A stretch of DNA of 53,456 bases from a bacterium. GTDB taxonomy: Archaea > Nanobdellota > Nanobdellia > SCGC-AAA011-G17 > GW2011-AR17. Below the pieces are notes generated by a model that saw only the letters and a program-made list of their open reading frames with translations, had not been told where the DNA came from and did no database searches. This document shows positions 1 to 9,623 of this stretch, one piece after another; positions within the stretch are counted from its first letter, which is position 1, and each line of letters starts with the position of its first letter. Location of the stretch: the NCBI GenBank assembly GCA_030697685.1, contig JAUYPF010000035.1, positions 1-53,456 of the forward strand. Reading direction: 5' to 3'. The position numbers and the translations under genes were made by a program.

Positions 1-650
1 TTTTCTAATAAAGCCCCAGAAATAAAAATGCCTTTTTTTCTCCTTTTGAAAAAATATATAGCAAGAGGAATGAGGAAGAGGAGGATCAAAAGATACCAAG
101 GAAAGGAAGAACTTTTTTCTTGATACAAGACAGAGGTGCTAAAGTCCTCTTCAAAAGATTTTTCTTCCCAGACTAAAACTGTTCTTCTTCCATCAAAGTA
201 TGTTCTTTCTGGCTGTGGAACAAGAAGCTGTTGCTCAATCATTGTTGCTTGTTCAGGTAATTTTAGGATAAATATGAATTCTTCTGCAGAGATCTCTTCA
301 TTCCATTGAAAAGCAGCATTTCCTTCAGATAAAGAAAGGAGAGGAGCATTTGTATGATAGAGTATTTGCACAAAGTGAATGCCTTGTTCCAAAGAACAAC
401 TGAGTTTTGTATTTGTTTCTTCTTCAAGGGCTGTACAAGAGATTTCTTTTTCATCCACAAAGACAGAGAGATCTTCTATACGCAGGGGTAAAGACAAAGA
501 AAGCTTTGATGCAAAAGACCCTTGTATTTCTGTATTCACATAGGCTTGTTCATCTTCCATTTCCACTTCTGTATGATAGGAATCATAGCTATAGGCAAGG
601 CTCAAAGGAAGCAGAGCAAGAAAGATACAGAGTAGTACAAGAATTTTCAT
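1..650 (-). CDS. Secreted/membrane-anchored protein, truncated at the window start (signal peptide, extracellular domain, TM helix)
   Basis: Manual translation from ATG at 650: MKILVLLCIFLALLPLSLAYSYDS...FPWYLLILLFLIPLAIYFFKRRKKG..., open to position 1; not in the ORF track. Confidence 0.75.
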   Translation of the reverse strand, partial: MKILVLLCIFLALLPLSLAYSYDSYHTEVEMEDEQAYVNTEIQGSFASKLSLSLPLRIEDLSVFVDEKEISCTALEEETNTKLSCSLEQGIHFVQILYHTNAPLLSLSEGNAAFQWNEEISAEEFIFILKLPEQATMIEQQLLVPQPERTYFDGRRTVLVWEEKSFEEDFSTSVLYQEKSSSFPWYLLILLFLIPLAIYFFKRRKKGIFISGALLE

Positions 651-728
651 AGTCTGTAGAAAGGAGAGAGAGTATAAAAAGCTTCATAGAAAGTCTTATA
701 AATCTTTGAGAATCTTTCAGAATAGAAT

Positions 729-803
729 GCCCCTGTAGTGTAGTTCGGTCAATCATTCCACCCTTTCGAGGTGAAGACCCGGGTTCAAATCCCGGCGGGG
801 GCA
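729..803 (+). tRNA. tRNA-Glu(TTC), no intron, CCA not encoded
   Basis: GCCCCTG/CGGGGGC acceptor stem, anticodon loop CT-TTC-GA, T arm CCGGG-TTCAAAT-CCCGG; TATA-like CTTATAAA at 695-702. Confidence 0.97.
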
Positions 804-847
804 CTATTATTATAATACCACAAGATAAAAATGAACAGCTATTCTTT

Positions 848-1486
848 TTACATCTCTTGTAAATAGCGCAAATATATTTTATTTCTTTCTATAGCATCTA
901 AAAGAACTCTTGCCATCTCAGCCCAATTTCCATAAGAATAAGTAAGCATATCTTTTTCTGTATTCAAAATATATACAGCATTATTTTTTAATAAACTTAT
1001 ATTAGAATTATCTTTTCCATGAATATAAACACGAGCAAGATGAAAAAGATGATTCTCATCAAAATGAAGAACAAATGCAAGTCCATCTCCTTTCCATCTA
1101 TCCCATTTCTCTTCTTCAGAAGAAAAATAAGGAGTTCTAATAAGAGCACTCAATCGCAGAAAATTATTTTTTTTCGATGAAGGAAATTTTTTACTTGAAC
1201 CTAATAAAGGAAGATTTCTTTCTTCTAATCCTTGAAGTATTGCTTTTCCTAATTTTTTTGTATCTTCCCTGCATCGAACATCAAAAGTCTTATACACAGC
1301 ATTCTCATTATCAAAAACAAAAGGAAACTTTTTATTTCCTTCAAAAAAACGAATATTGGAAGGATTTTTACCTGGATTTCCTGCAAGCCATTTAGCAAGA
1401 GGAGTATACGCTGCTGGAATTTTTACTCCCTTAATATACATTCCTTCTTTCTTTCGAGAACCAAACAACCAATCCCATATGCCCAT
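848..1486 (-). CDS. Hypothetical protein with amphipathic N-terminus (MGIWDWLFGSRKK)
   Basis: 212-aa ORF; no motif recognised. Confidence 0.7.
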   Translation of the reverse strand: MGIWDWLFGSRKKEGMYIKGVKIPAAYTPLAKWLAGNPGKNPSNIRFFEGNKKFPFVFDNENAVYKTFDVRCREDTKKLGKAILQGLEERNLPLLGSSKKFPSSKKNNFLRLSALIRTPYFSSEEEKWDRWKGDGLAFVLHFDENHLFHLARVYIHGKDNSNISLLKNNAVYILNTEKDMLTYSYGNWAEMARVLLDAIERNKIYLRYLQEM

Positions 1487-1626
1487 TATAACCTGTAAAG
1501 TGAGTAAAACTATTTAAAGTTTTGCAGAAAAAAAGAATGTATATTCTCCAATCTATCAAAGACAAATTTCTTATGAAAATAATAAAATAGTAGTTTAATT
1601 GTAACCACCTTCAAGGAGTATTAAAA

Positions 1627-1641
1627 CGAAAGGTTTATAAA
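1627..1641 (+). promoter_or_regulatory. Archaeal BRE/TATA promoter of the 1664-10247 operon (leaderless start)
   Basis: CGAAAGG followed by TTTATAAA (1634-1641), 22 nt before ATG 1664. Confidence 0.7.
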
Positions 1642-1663
1642 TCTAAGTCATTGCTAAAATTTT

Positions 1664-3925
1664 ATGGTTAATAGGCACAGAGACTTCATAACAGCATACC
1701 AATTAACATGCACAGAACCAAGATTTGCAGAAGCCCTAGAAAGAAAATTTATGGGCTTTATAGGAAATGGAAAACAGCATGCTGGAAGAAGAGAAGCCTT
1801 TGAAATCACAAGAGAAGGTTATACCTGTATAATAAAACTCTCTAATAAAGAATATGTTTCTGATTTGGCTTCATTTTTACATAGAGAAGTAAAAGATGGA
1901 ACAATAATTCAAACAATAGATCCTACAAGAGCACAAGAAAATATTGAAGAATATAAAAGGAGAATAGGAAGTTTAGAAGAGCAACTTAGTCTAACAAGTG
2001 ATAAAATTGAAAGATTAGGAAGTGATTATACGGCAGTAGAAAAAAGGGCTACAGATCTTACAAGAACGAATGAAGAACTAACAATAATATACCAACAAAC
2101 AGAAGAAAGATATAAAAGAGAAAGAACAGATCTGAATCTAAGACTTACAGATTTAGAAACAGCACTTGCAAATAAAGATTCATTTGACAAAGAAATAGAA
2201 CAATTTAAAGAAATAGAAAAAACATGGAAAAAAGTTAAAGAATGTATTGGAGAAAGAGAGCTAGAAGAAATTATTGCAATAACCAGAGAAGGAAGTGAGG
2301 CCTATCTCAAAGCACAAATACCTAATTATAAAAATATGGAAAAACTAGGTGGAAGAGAACAAATTCTTGCAGAAAAAGGAAGAGCATTTGAAGAGACAGA
2401 CATACACCAAGAAATACAAAAAGCAGAAGGGATTATAAAATATTACGATAGGTTAAAAAAATATTTCACAGAAGATGGAATGATTACAGATGCAAAAGCA
2501 GCAGTAAAAGATTTAGCTATTCCAGAAGCACTTCTCCAAAGACTATTTGCAACGACAAAAGAAGAAGTGCCAAAATATGAAGTAATTTTAAGTAAAAGAG
2601 AAGAAGCAAAAAGGCAGCATCAACAAAAGCAGGGAATTGCTGAATCTTTAGAAAGATTAGAGAAAGAATATCAAGATATTGCTAATATACGACAAAAAAT
2701 AGAAAGAATACTAGAAACAAATAGAACTATAGCATTAGAACTAAAATTACTAGGTGAAGACACAGAAAATATTATATTTGAGGGGAGGCTTCCTCTACAA
2801 AAAACAAATGCAGAAACAGAACTAGGAAGAACATTGCAATTATGTATGCTTGCAACAATAACAGATAAAGAAAATTTTCCAGGTTTAGAATATAGTGAAA
2901 TAGATAACAAAAATGTAACATATCAATTTAAACTTCCAAAAACAAACGCACAAACAGCACTACAAACAACACATACACTTGCAGAAAGAATGACTACTCT
3001 TCTTGGAGAAACGGACTTTGGACTTGCAGGAGGAAAACTAAGAATTCTTTATTCAGGGATAATTGGTGAGCTCCCAACAATAGAAACAGAACAAAGACCT
3101 GTAATAACAATAAAAGAAAATACTCCAAAAGTACAAAATATAGAACTAAATCAAGGATCTAAAATTCTAAGTTATGAAGATTTTATAAAATTACAAGATA
3201 AAGAAGCAGGCCAGTTAGGTATATATCTTCCAACAATAGAAGACTTAAATCTATCTCAAAGAAAAGAGGCAACAGAAGGAACAAAATTAAACCATCTTGG
3301 AGCAAGAGAAATTATTCTTGCAATGGCAGAAACAGGAAGAGTAAGATCTAAAAAAATTGCTCCGTACATAAAAGAAAGAATAAAAGAATTGTATGGATTT
3401 CATATTTTAGAAGAAAAAGAAAGAGATTTTAGATATTCTTCTAGAATGAATGGATGGCTTGCAAGTTTATCCACAGATTTTATTAAAAAACTAGACAATT
3501 TTATTCGTCCTAATCCTTGTTTTAATGTTACAGAAAGAATAATCAAAAGAGATCTAAAAGAGTATAATGAAGAAGATAGAAAACTTCTTTATACTTTCAA
3601 ATCAAAAATTCCATTAGGGTTGCATACAGTCAGGCAAGCAATAGAATATGAAAAAATGGCTGAAGAAAGAATTTCTGCAGGAGAAAGTTTTTCACCTGGA
3701 GAATCAAGATCTATTCTAGCAGTAAAAGCAGCAAGGGTTTTTGATCATTATGTCATCCTTGACATTCTTAAAAAGAATCCAACAACTGCAAATGAACTCC
3801 TATACAATGTTCAAGCTTTTCTACCAATGGCAAATGAGGAATTTATTGGAAGAAGTCTACATAGATTGAGAAAAGCAAAGTTAGAAGATAGATTAGAAAG
3901 AAGAATAGGAGTGCTGCATAGATGA
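1664..3925 (+). CDS. Large coiled-coil protein with probable C-terminal winged helix-turn-helix domain(s)
   Basis: Heptad-rich E/K/L segments at about aa 90-350; C-terminal VILDILKKNPTTANELL...FIGRSLHRLRKAKL fits a wHTH pattern; no Walker A motif. Confidence 0.6.
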   Translation: MVNRHRDFITAYQLTCTEPRFAEALERKFMGFIGNGKQHAGRREAFEITREGYTCIIKLSNKEYVSDLASFLHREVKDGTIIQTIDPTRAQENIEEYKRRIGSLEEQLSLTSDKIERLGSDYTAVEKRATDLTRTNEELTIIYQQTEERYKRERTDLNLRLTDLETALANKDSFDKEIEQFKEIEKTWKKVKECIGERELEEIIAITREGSEAYLKAQIPNYKNMEKLGGREQILAEKGRAFEETDIHQEIQKAEGIIKYYDRLKKYFTEDGMITDAKAAVKDLAIPEALLQRLFATTKEEVPKYEVILSKREEAKRQHQQKQGIAESLERLEKEYQDIANIRQKIERILETNRTIALELKLLGEDTENIIFEGRLPLQKTNAETELGRTLQLCMLATITDKENFPGLEYSEIDNKNVTYQFKLPKTNAQTALQTTHTLAERMTTLLGETDFGLAGGKLRILYSGIIGELPTIETEQRPVITIKENTPKVQNIELNQGSKILSYEDFIKLQDKEAGQLGIYLPTIEDLNLSQRKEATEGTKLNHLGAREIILAMAETGRVRSKKIAPYIKERIKELYGFHILEEKERDFRYSSRMNGWLASLSTDFIKKLDNFIRPNPCFNVTERIIKRDLKEYNEEDRKLLYTFKSKIPLGLHTVRQAIEYEKMAEERISAGESFSPGESRSILAVKAARVFDHYVILDILKKNPTTANELLYNVQAFLPMANEEFIGRSLHRLRKAKLEDRLERRIGVLHR

Positions 3926-5421
3926 AATCCCTCAAAGACCTTATTAAAGGGCAGCAACCTATTGGAGAAGCATTAAGGGATTTTAGAGCACAAGATTTGA
4001 ATATGGAAGATCTTCTTGAGGGAAGACTTTCCAGAGAAGAAATAACAAAAACACTAGGGCCATCATTAGATCTTGCAGCATTTGGAACAGGTGAATTAGG
4101 AGGAAGAATTATTGTTATTGAACCACCAGATACTTTAGTAGATGGAAAAGGAAGACCAGTACGATTATACTATGTCATTGGTGGAGAGACTTTAACTATT
4201 AATGGAGAACCAGGAGATAGGCCTTTTTATAAAAGAAAAGATATGGAAGCCATACTCCCATTAGACTTAACTGAAATTACTATAGATACAAGTGGACAAC
4301 CACAAATTCAAAGAAAAACAAAAGAAACAGAAAAAAGAAATCCAAATACACCAGAGAAATTAAAAGAAGGAAAAGCAACAACAAAAAGAAGAACAACACA
4401 ATTTGATGCATTATTATATTCTTACTTACTGAAGAACGGAGATGATATTGCACACTTAGTAAATGGTTTAGAAGAAATACCTAAAACAAAACAAGCTATT
4501 TCTGGAGAAGCAGCATTAAGAGAACATTTCCCAGAAGCCGATGCACTTCTTGCATTTGGTGTAACAAAAGTGCATTCATTAGAATCCTGGTTACAAGAAA
4601 TGGTTCAAGAAAGAATTTCAAATTTAAAAAGAGATATCAAAGAGTTTTATACAACAACAGAAGGAAAAGAATTTGTAAGAGAATTTATGAACCAAGAATT
4701 TCCACAAACATATGATCATGCACCAGAAGTCATGAAATGGATCATTAATTATGGAATAGAAGGAAGACAGCCTCAATTTTTACTTTCTGCAATAGGTGCA
4801 GGAATCTTAGGAGAAGAAAAAGAAAAGAAACAAGTATATAGATTCTGGGGCAGAGTTGCAAAAGCAACAAGAGAAGCTGCATCAAATACAGTATTAATCG
4901 AAAAAGGATATTTAGAAGGAAAACATAACATTGATGATATTTATATACCATTATTAAGAGAATTAAGAAATAGAAGAGGGATTTATTCTGGATCTACAGT
5001 TGAAGCAAGTTTATTTGGCCTGTTTGGTTTAGGATTATTACTAGATTCTAAAGGAGAAGTCATAAACGCACATTCTCTAAACAGAACATATACAGAAACA
5101 GGAAGATACATTATAAATAATTATCCTACTATAAAAATTTTAATTGATGAAATGGTAAAAGATGAGGAATTAAGAAAAAAATATTCCTCTTCTAAAACTA
5201 CATCAGGGCTTATTCAAAGAGCAATTCTAAACGAAGAAAGTTTACGTGAAAGACTAACCATGACCAAAGCAGAGAAAGGAGAAATGAAAACAGTTCCTAT
5301 TTCAGAAGCATTACTAAATTTTGTCATCCCAGCATATTTACGAGTAGAAATAGATAGATACAAACCATGTATGACATTAGAAACAGATGCACATTTCTTA
5401 AGAAACACCATGAGTGAGTGA
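3922..5421 (+). CDS. Hypothetical protein (possible MerR/Xis-like HTH at the N-terminus)
   Basis: 499-aa ORF, ATGA overlap with the upstream stop, SD AGGAG; LSREEITKTLG...PFYKRKDMEAI weakly resembles excisionase-type HTH. Confidence 0.55.
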   Translation: MKSLKDLIKGQQPIGEALRDFRAQDLNMEDLLEGRLSREEITKTLGPSLDLAAFGTGELGGRIIVIEPPDTLVDGKGRPVRLYYVIGGETLTINGEPGDRPFYKRKDMEAILPLDLTEITIDTSGQPQIQRKTKETEKRNPNTPEKLKEGKATTKRRTTQFDALLYSYLLKNGDDIAHLVNGLEEIPKTKQAISGEAALREHFPEADALLAFGVTKVHSLESWLQEMVQERISNLKRDIKEFYTTTEGKEFVREFMNQEFPQTYDHAPEVMKWIINYGIEGRQPQFLLSAIGAGILGEEKEKKQVYRFWGRVAKATREAASNTVLIEKGYLEGKHNIDDIYIPLLRELRNRRGIYSGSTVEASLFGLFGLGLLLDSKGEVINAHSLNRTYTETGRYIINNYPTIKILIDEMVKDEELRKKYSSSKTTSGLIQRAILNEESLRERLTMTKAEKGEMKTVPISEALLNFVIPAYLRVEIDRYKPCMTLETDAHFLRNTMSE

Positions 5422-5426
5422 GGCAT

Positions 5427-8400
5427 ATGGCACTCAACCTAAACAAATATTCTCTTGATGATCGTTTTAGAATGATTATGAGAGAAATAAAAAGAGTTCC
5501 AGATGAAGAAGAACTCCAAGAAGTTCCTTATTTTTCTGAAGTTCTAGAAACGATTACCAAAACCTACGGTACTTTAGAAAAATATCTCAGAACAACAAAT
5601 ATTGCAAATACTTTACAAGTGGAACAATCACCTTTCCCCTCAGTACAACAACTACATACAATGGTTTCCATAACCGAGAGAGAAAGAATTATCATTGGTG
5701 ACGAACCAGGAACAAGAAAAACTGCAGCAGCAGGTTTAGCAAAATATTCTATAGAAAGAAAATTAGGAAAGAAAATAAAAACACTTGTGCTTTGTCCAAG
5801 CTATTTGATTAGTAATTGGATGATGAGATTAGATGAATATCATCAAGAAGAACCAAGTTATTGTGTCATTACACCTGAAGATAAATGGGAAGATTTGAAA
5901 AGAGCAGCTTCTAATGATGTTGATTATATTTTTGTCAGCTATGATTTGCTTTACAAGGATGTAGAAACAACAAATGGTGGAAGCAAAGAAGAATATGAAC
6001 TTCACGCAACTATTTTAGCACAACAATATACAAATGACAAAACAGCTGCATGGAAACATCATCAAGGATTAAATTGTAATTATGGAGCAACAGAAGAAAG
6101 TACAATAGAAGAAATATGCTTAGGTATTGCTTTCGAAGAAGCAGTCCAAACAGAAAATGAAAACAAAAAAGTATGTGATACATTAGAAAGAATACTTACA
6201 AGAAATGATCCTGATGAGACAACAAAACATGATTTTTATTTAATTGCAGATGAATTTCACAACGTACGAGATGCAAGCCTAAAGAAAAAAACAAATGCTT
6301 TTTACAGACTTGCACAAAGAGCAAGGTTCGCAGCTTTTCTTTCTGGAACAAAAACACCAGACAACATAGGAGATATTGCAGTTATAGCGTCTATCCTAGA
6401 TAATCCACGATTCCCAAACCCTAAAGATTTTATTGATGCAGTAGGAAATAATCCCGCAGCAGTAAGAAGATTTTATGCACAATGGGAAAAAAAGCCAGTA
6501 TTAAAAACAACAGATATTGGTGAAGATAATATTCCAAAAGCAAAAGATATCACATTCACATTAAACGAAAAAGAATTCTCATTGTACTTTGCAATTCAGA
6601 ACCATTCTGAAATAGCAGAAGCAGAAAAACTTCTTCTTCTGCGCTATGTTACACTAGATGCAGCATTAATTGATCCCAGAAGATACTTAGGAAGTCCTAG
6701 TATGAGAAATAAATTGCTAAAAATTCAAAAAGAAGAACCAGAAGCTTTTGAAGATATAACAACAAATAATTCTACAAGATATCAAACATTAGAGGGAATA
6801 ATTGAAAATATTCCCTATCCTGAGAAGTATGTTATTTTTTCAAAATTTTCCCTTGGAGTTATTCCAGTTATTGAAGCAAGGCTAAGAGCAAAAGGAGAAA
6901 ATATTGTAAAGGTAGATCAAACTATTGGAACTGAAAATAAAAAAATAAAATTAACAACAAAAGAAATAGCAGAATTAAAAGAAAAAGGGATATATAGAGA
7001 ACAAAAATACAGAGTAGACTTAAAAAGATCCGAAAAAGAAGCAATACATCTAGCAGGAAGAAGAACCTTAAGGTATTCTGAAAGGGACATTGCAGTGCTT
7101 ACAGCACAGTGTAATCCAGACATTGATGGAGTACTTGCAACATACGGAACACTACGAGAAGGAAGAGACCTCACCGCAGTAAATCACATTATCAAGCTGG
7201 ACAGAGAATATCAACCAGGAGTAGAAAGGCAAGCAATTGGAAGGGCTGCTGGAAGAAGTGGACAGCAAAGAAAATGTCACATTTATGCACTACGTGCAAA
7301 TGCAACACAAGATGATGGAATTGAAGATCATGTAAATAGAAAAGAAAGAACCATTATCCTAGCAGAATCCTGCGAAGAAAGAATTTCTTCAGAAGATGCA
7401 CAAAGTCTCGCAGGAAAAATTCGGCCACATAACGAAAGAGAGATTCGTCCATATATGTTCAGCTCACACCAATTAGTACGAATGATTTTAGGAAATTTAA
7501 GTGGAGCAGGAGTTTCTGCAATGGAAGCTCTTGTAGAACAAGGACTAGGTGAACTCTTTGCACAAAATTATAATTACAAATGGGAACTAAGTAGTTCTGC
7601 AAACATTGGAAGGCTCATCGCAATGACCCTAGCATTTAAAGGAAAAGAATTCTCACAAGTGATTGAGTTAGGATCTGGTCCAGCTCAAATGGCAAGAGTC
7701 CTCGGAAGAACAACAACATGTATGGATTATTTAAAGGAACAACTAGAAATAGGAAAAAAAGAATGTGAAAAACTAGGATTCCAAATTAAAACACAACAAG
7801 GGTCTATACACCGAATACCACTCCCATCAGAAACATATGATCTTTCTGTTGCATCAAACGTTTTCAACTTATTAACACTCCAAGAAAGAGCAGAAGCAAT
7901 GAGAGAAAATCAAAGAATCCTCAAAAAAGGAGCAAGAGGAATTTGGGTATTCCCACCAAGTGCAACAGAACTAGAAGCAGGAGATTTAAGTATTATACAA
8001 AAGCTAAAAAGAGATTTTAAGAAAGCAGGTTTTAGTATTGATGAAGAAGTTACTGGAAGATATGTAGCAAGAAATGCTATTGACCTCAATACAGGAAATG
8101 AAATTACAAGTGAAACAAAAACCTTTCTTCTTGCAGCAGAAAATACAGAAAAAGGGATTATCGAAGAAGGAATGTTTGAATTAAAAGTAGACTATTCTTA
8201 TAGCAAAGGAAAAGGAAAACAAAGAAACGTACTAGAACCAATGCAGGGAATCCCACAAGCACAAGCAGAAGTCTGCTTAGCATTTGAAAATATAGACTCA
8301 GGTCTGGAATTAAAAACAAAAGAAAAACCAATTTCAAGAGAAGAGCTCAGGAGAAGAATTAATCAAGGTCTAAAAACGGGAGAATTAGCAGAAGAGGATA

Positions 8401-8444
8401 TTGCAAAAATAATTAGAGCCCTTATTGAAGGAGAACGAAATTGA
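5427..8444 (+). CDS. SNF2-family SF2 ATPase/translocase fused to a C-terminal class I SAM-dependent methyltransferase
   Basis: Motif I GDEPGTRKT, Ia LVLCPSYLISNW, II LIADEFH, III LSGT, IV YVIFSKF, V EGRDLT, VI QAIGRAAGRSGQ; MTase IELGSGP...MD...GSIHRIPLPSETYDL...RILKKG. ATG 5427 preferred over GTG 5418. Confidence 0.88.
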   Translation: MALNLNKYSLDDRFRMIMREIKRVPDEEELQEVPYFSEVLETITKTYGTLEKYLRTTNIANTLQVEQSPFPSVQQLHTMVSITERERIIIGDEPGTRKTAAAGLAKYSIERKLGKKIKTLVLCPSYLISNWMMRLDEYHQEEPSYCVITPEDKWEDLKRAASNDVDYIFVSYDLLYKDVETTNGGSKEEYELHATILAQQYTNDKTAAWKHHQGLNCNYGATEESTIEEICLGIAFEEAVQTENENKKVCDTLERILTRNDPDETTKHDFYLIADEFHNVRDASLKKKTNAFYRLAQRARFAAFLSGTKTPDNIGDIAVIASILDNPRFPNPKDFIDAVGNNPAAVRRFYAQWEKKPVLKTTDIGEDNIPKAKDITFTLNEKEFSLYFAIQNHSEIAEAEKLLLLRYVTLDAALIDPRRYLGSPSMRNKLLKIQKEEPEAFEDITTNNSTRYQTLEGIIENIPYPEKYVIFSKFSLGVIPVIEARLRAKGENIVKVDQTIGTENKKIKLTTKEIAELKEKGIYREQKYRVDLKRSEKEAIHLAGRRTLRYSERDIAVLTAQCNPDIDGVLATYGTLREGRDLTAVNHIIKLDREYQPGVERQAIGRAAGRSGQQRKCHIYALRANATQDDGIEDHVNRKERTIILAESCEERISSEDAQSLAGKIRPHNEREIRPYMFSSHQLVRMILGNLSGAGVSAMEALVEQGLGELFAQNYNYKWELSSSANIGRLIAMTLAFKGKEFSQVIELGSGPAQMARVLGRTTTCMDYLKEQLEIGKKECEKLGFQIKTQQGSIHRIPLPSETYDLSVASNVFNLLTLQERAEAMRENQRILKKGARGIWVFPPSATELEAGDLSIIQKLKRDFKKAGFSIDEEVTGRYVARNAIDLNTGNEITSETKTFLLAAENTEKGIIEEGMFELKVDYSYSKGKGKQRNVLEPMQGIPQAQAEVCLAFENIDSGLELKTKEKPISREELRRRINQGLKTGELAEEDIAKIIRALIEGERN

Positions 8445-9601
8445 GCCTTGATCAAATAGCACTAGGCCTTGTACGTGATTATCCCCAGATTAAATACTCT
8501 GTGTATGCAACATTACAAGGCTATGCCATGTATTGGGATGAAGAAAAAAAAGATAGTACAGAAAATCCAAGAAATTTTCCCAAAAATTCTTATTATCATA
8601 GCTGGAAAAGTTTTATAGAAAAATTAAAAACAAAAACAGAATGGAAAATCCCCAAATATAGATTACCAGACACTCCTATATTTGAGAAACAAAATATTTT
8701 AGCACAAGCATTAGCAAATAAAAAAATAGTAAGAGATGCATTTTTAGAAGAGATTAGTCCAGAATTACAAAGGACATTAGCAGACATCCTTTTTGAAAGA
8801 AATATTATTGCAGAAAGTGCAGATCTTTTTATTGATACATTTGATTACGAAAAAGTAAAAAAAGATCCAGAAAGAAATCCATTTGAACATTTTTTAGAAC
8901 ACTTTGATATAGACCAAAGATCCCACAAACAAAAACCAAAAAAATCCTATTTACCATTGCTCACAAGATTAAAAAATGAAGGAGATATCTGGGAAGAAAT
9001 CTATATAGAAAGACTAAAAGAAAAAGATGAGATTCTTGCACAAAGGATACAAAGTATTTTCGAAGGAATAGAAGCAAATAATTTTGACGAGCAAGAAAGA
9101 ATGAAAATTGTAGAACTCCTAACAGAAAAAGGCTGTGTAGGACTTGTAGAAAGACTTGGGCAAGATGCATATGATATTCTTGTTGCAATGTATGGTGAAG
9201 AACAATTTCCAGAAGAAAAAAGGCATATTTTGAGTTCAGGAAAAGCAATACGCCCATACTTAGGAAAATGCAGAAGAAAGATGATACGATCTGAATTTAA
9301 TATTTGGGAAAGGGACCTTATAAGAACCTTAAAAGAAAAAGGATTAAGGCCTTCAATTTATGATAAAAATATTACTGTACAAAGAATTTTACAAACAACA
9401 TTTCTTGCACCATATATAGAAATGGCCTCTAAAGGAGAAGATCCAATAGTCCCATTACAAGCACAGACAAAAGAAGAAGATGTACTTACAAAAAAACTTG
9501 CACGCTATGGATTAGAACATTTCCAAATGATGAGAGAAATCCAAGATTACCCAGAAATTAGCCATACTTTAGCAATAGTACGGGCAAAGAAAGATTTATA
9601 A
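8441..9601 (+). CDS. Hypothetical alpha-helical protein
   Basis: 386-aa ORF; TTG start overlaps the upstream stop (TTGA) with GGAG upstream. Confidence 0.7.
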   Translation: MSLDQIALGLVRDYPQIKYSVYATLQGYAMYWDEEKKDSTENPRNFPKNSYYHSWKSFIEKLKTKTEWKIPKYRLPDTPIFEKQNILAQALANKKIVRDAFLEEISPELQRTLADILFERNIIAESADLFIDTFDYEKVKKDPERNPFEHFLEHFDIDQRSHKQKPKKSYLPLLTRLKNEGDIWEEIYIERLKEKDEILAQRIQSIFEGIEANNFDEQERMKIVELLTEKGCVGLVERLGQDAYDILVAMYGEEQFPEEKRHILSSGKAIRPYLGKCRRKMIRSEFNIWERDLIRTLKEKGLRPSIYDKNITVQRILQTTFLAPYIEMASKGEDPIVPLQAQTKEEDVLTKKLARYGLEHFQMMREIQDYPEISHTLAIVRAKKDL

Positions 9602-9623
9602 ATCAGAGGAGAAAAAAAAACAT

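Noticed and set aside
589-804. 71-aa minus-strand ORF MPPPGFEPGS...
   Set aside because: Antisense shadow of tRNA-Glu
1664-3925. SMC/Rad50 or Wadjet JetC (ScpA is in the window)
   Set aside because: No Walker A, signature or Walker B motifs; scpA is 30 kb away and looks like the housekeeping copy
5427-8444. Restriction-modification, BREX or DISARM assignment
   Set aside because: The MTase lacks DNA-MTase catalytic motifs, and no PglZ, DUF1998 or PLD partner is recognisable
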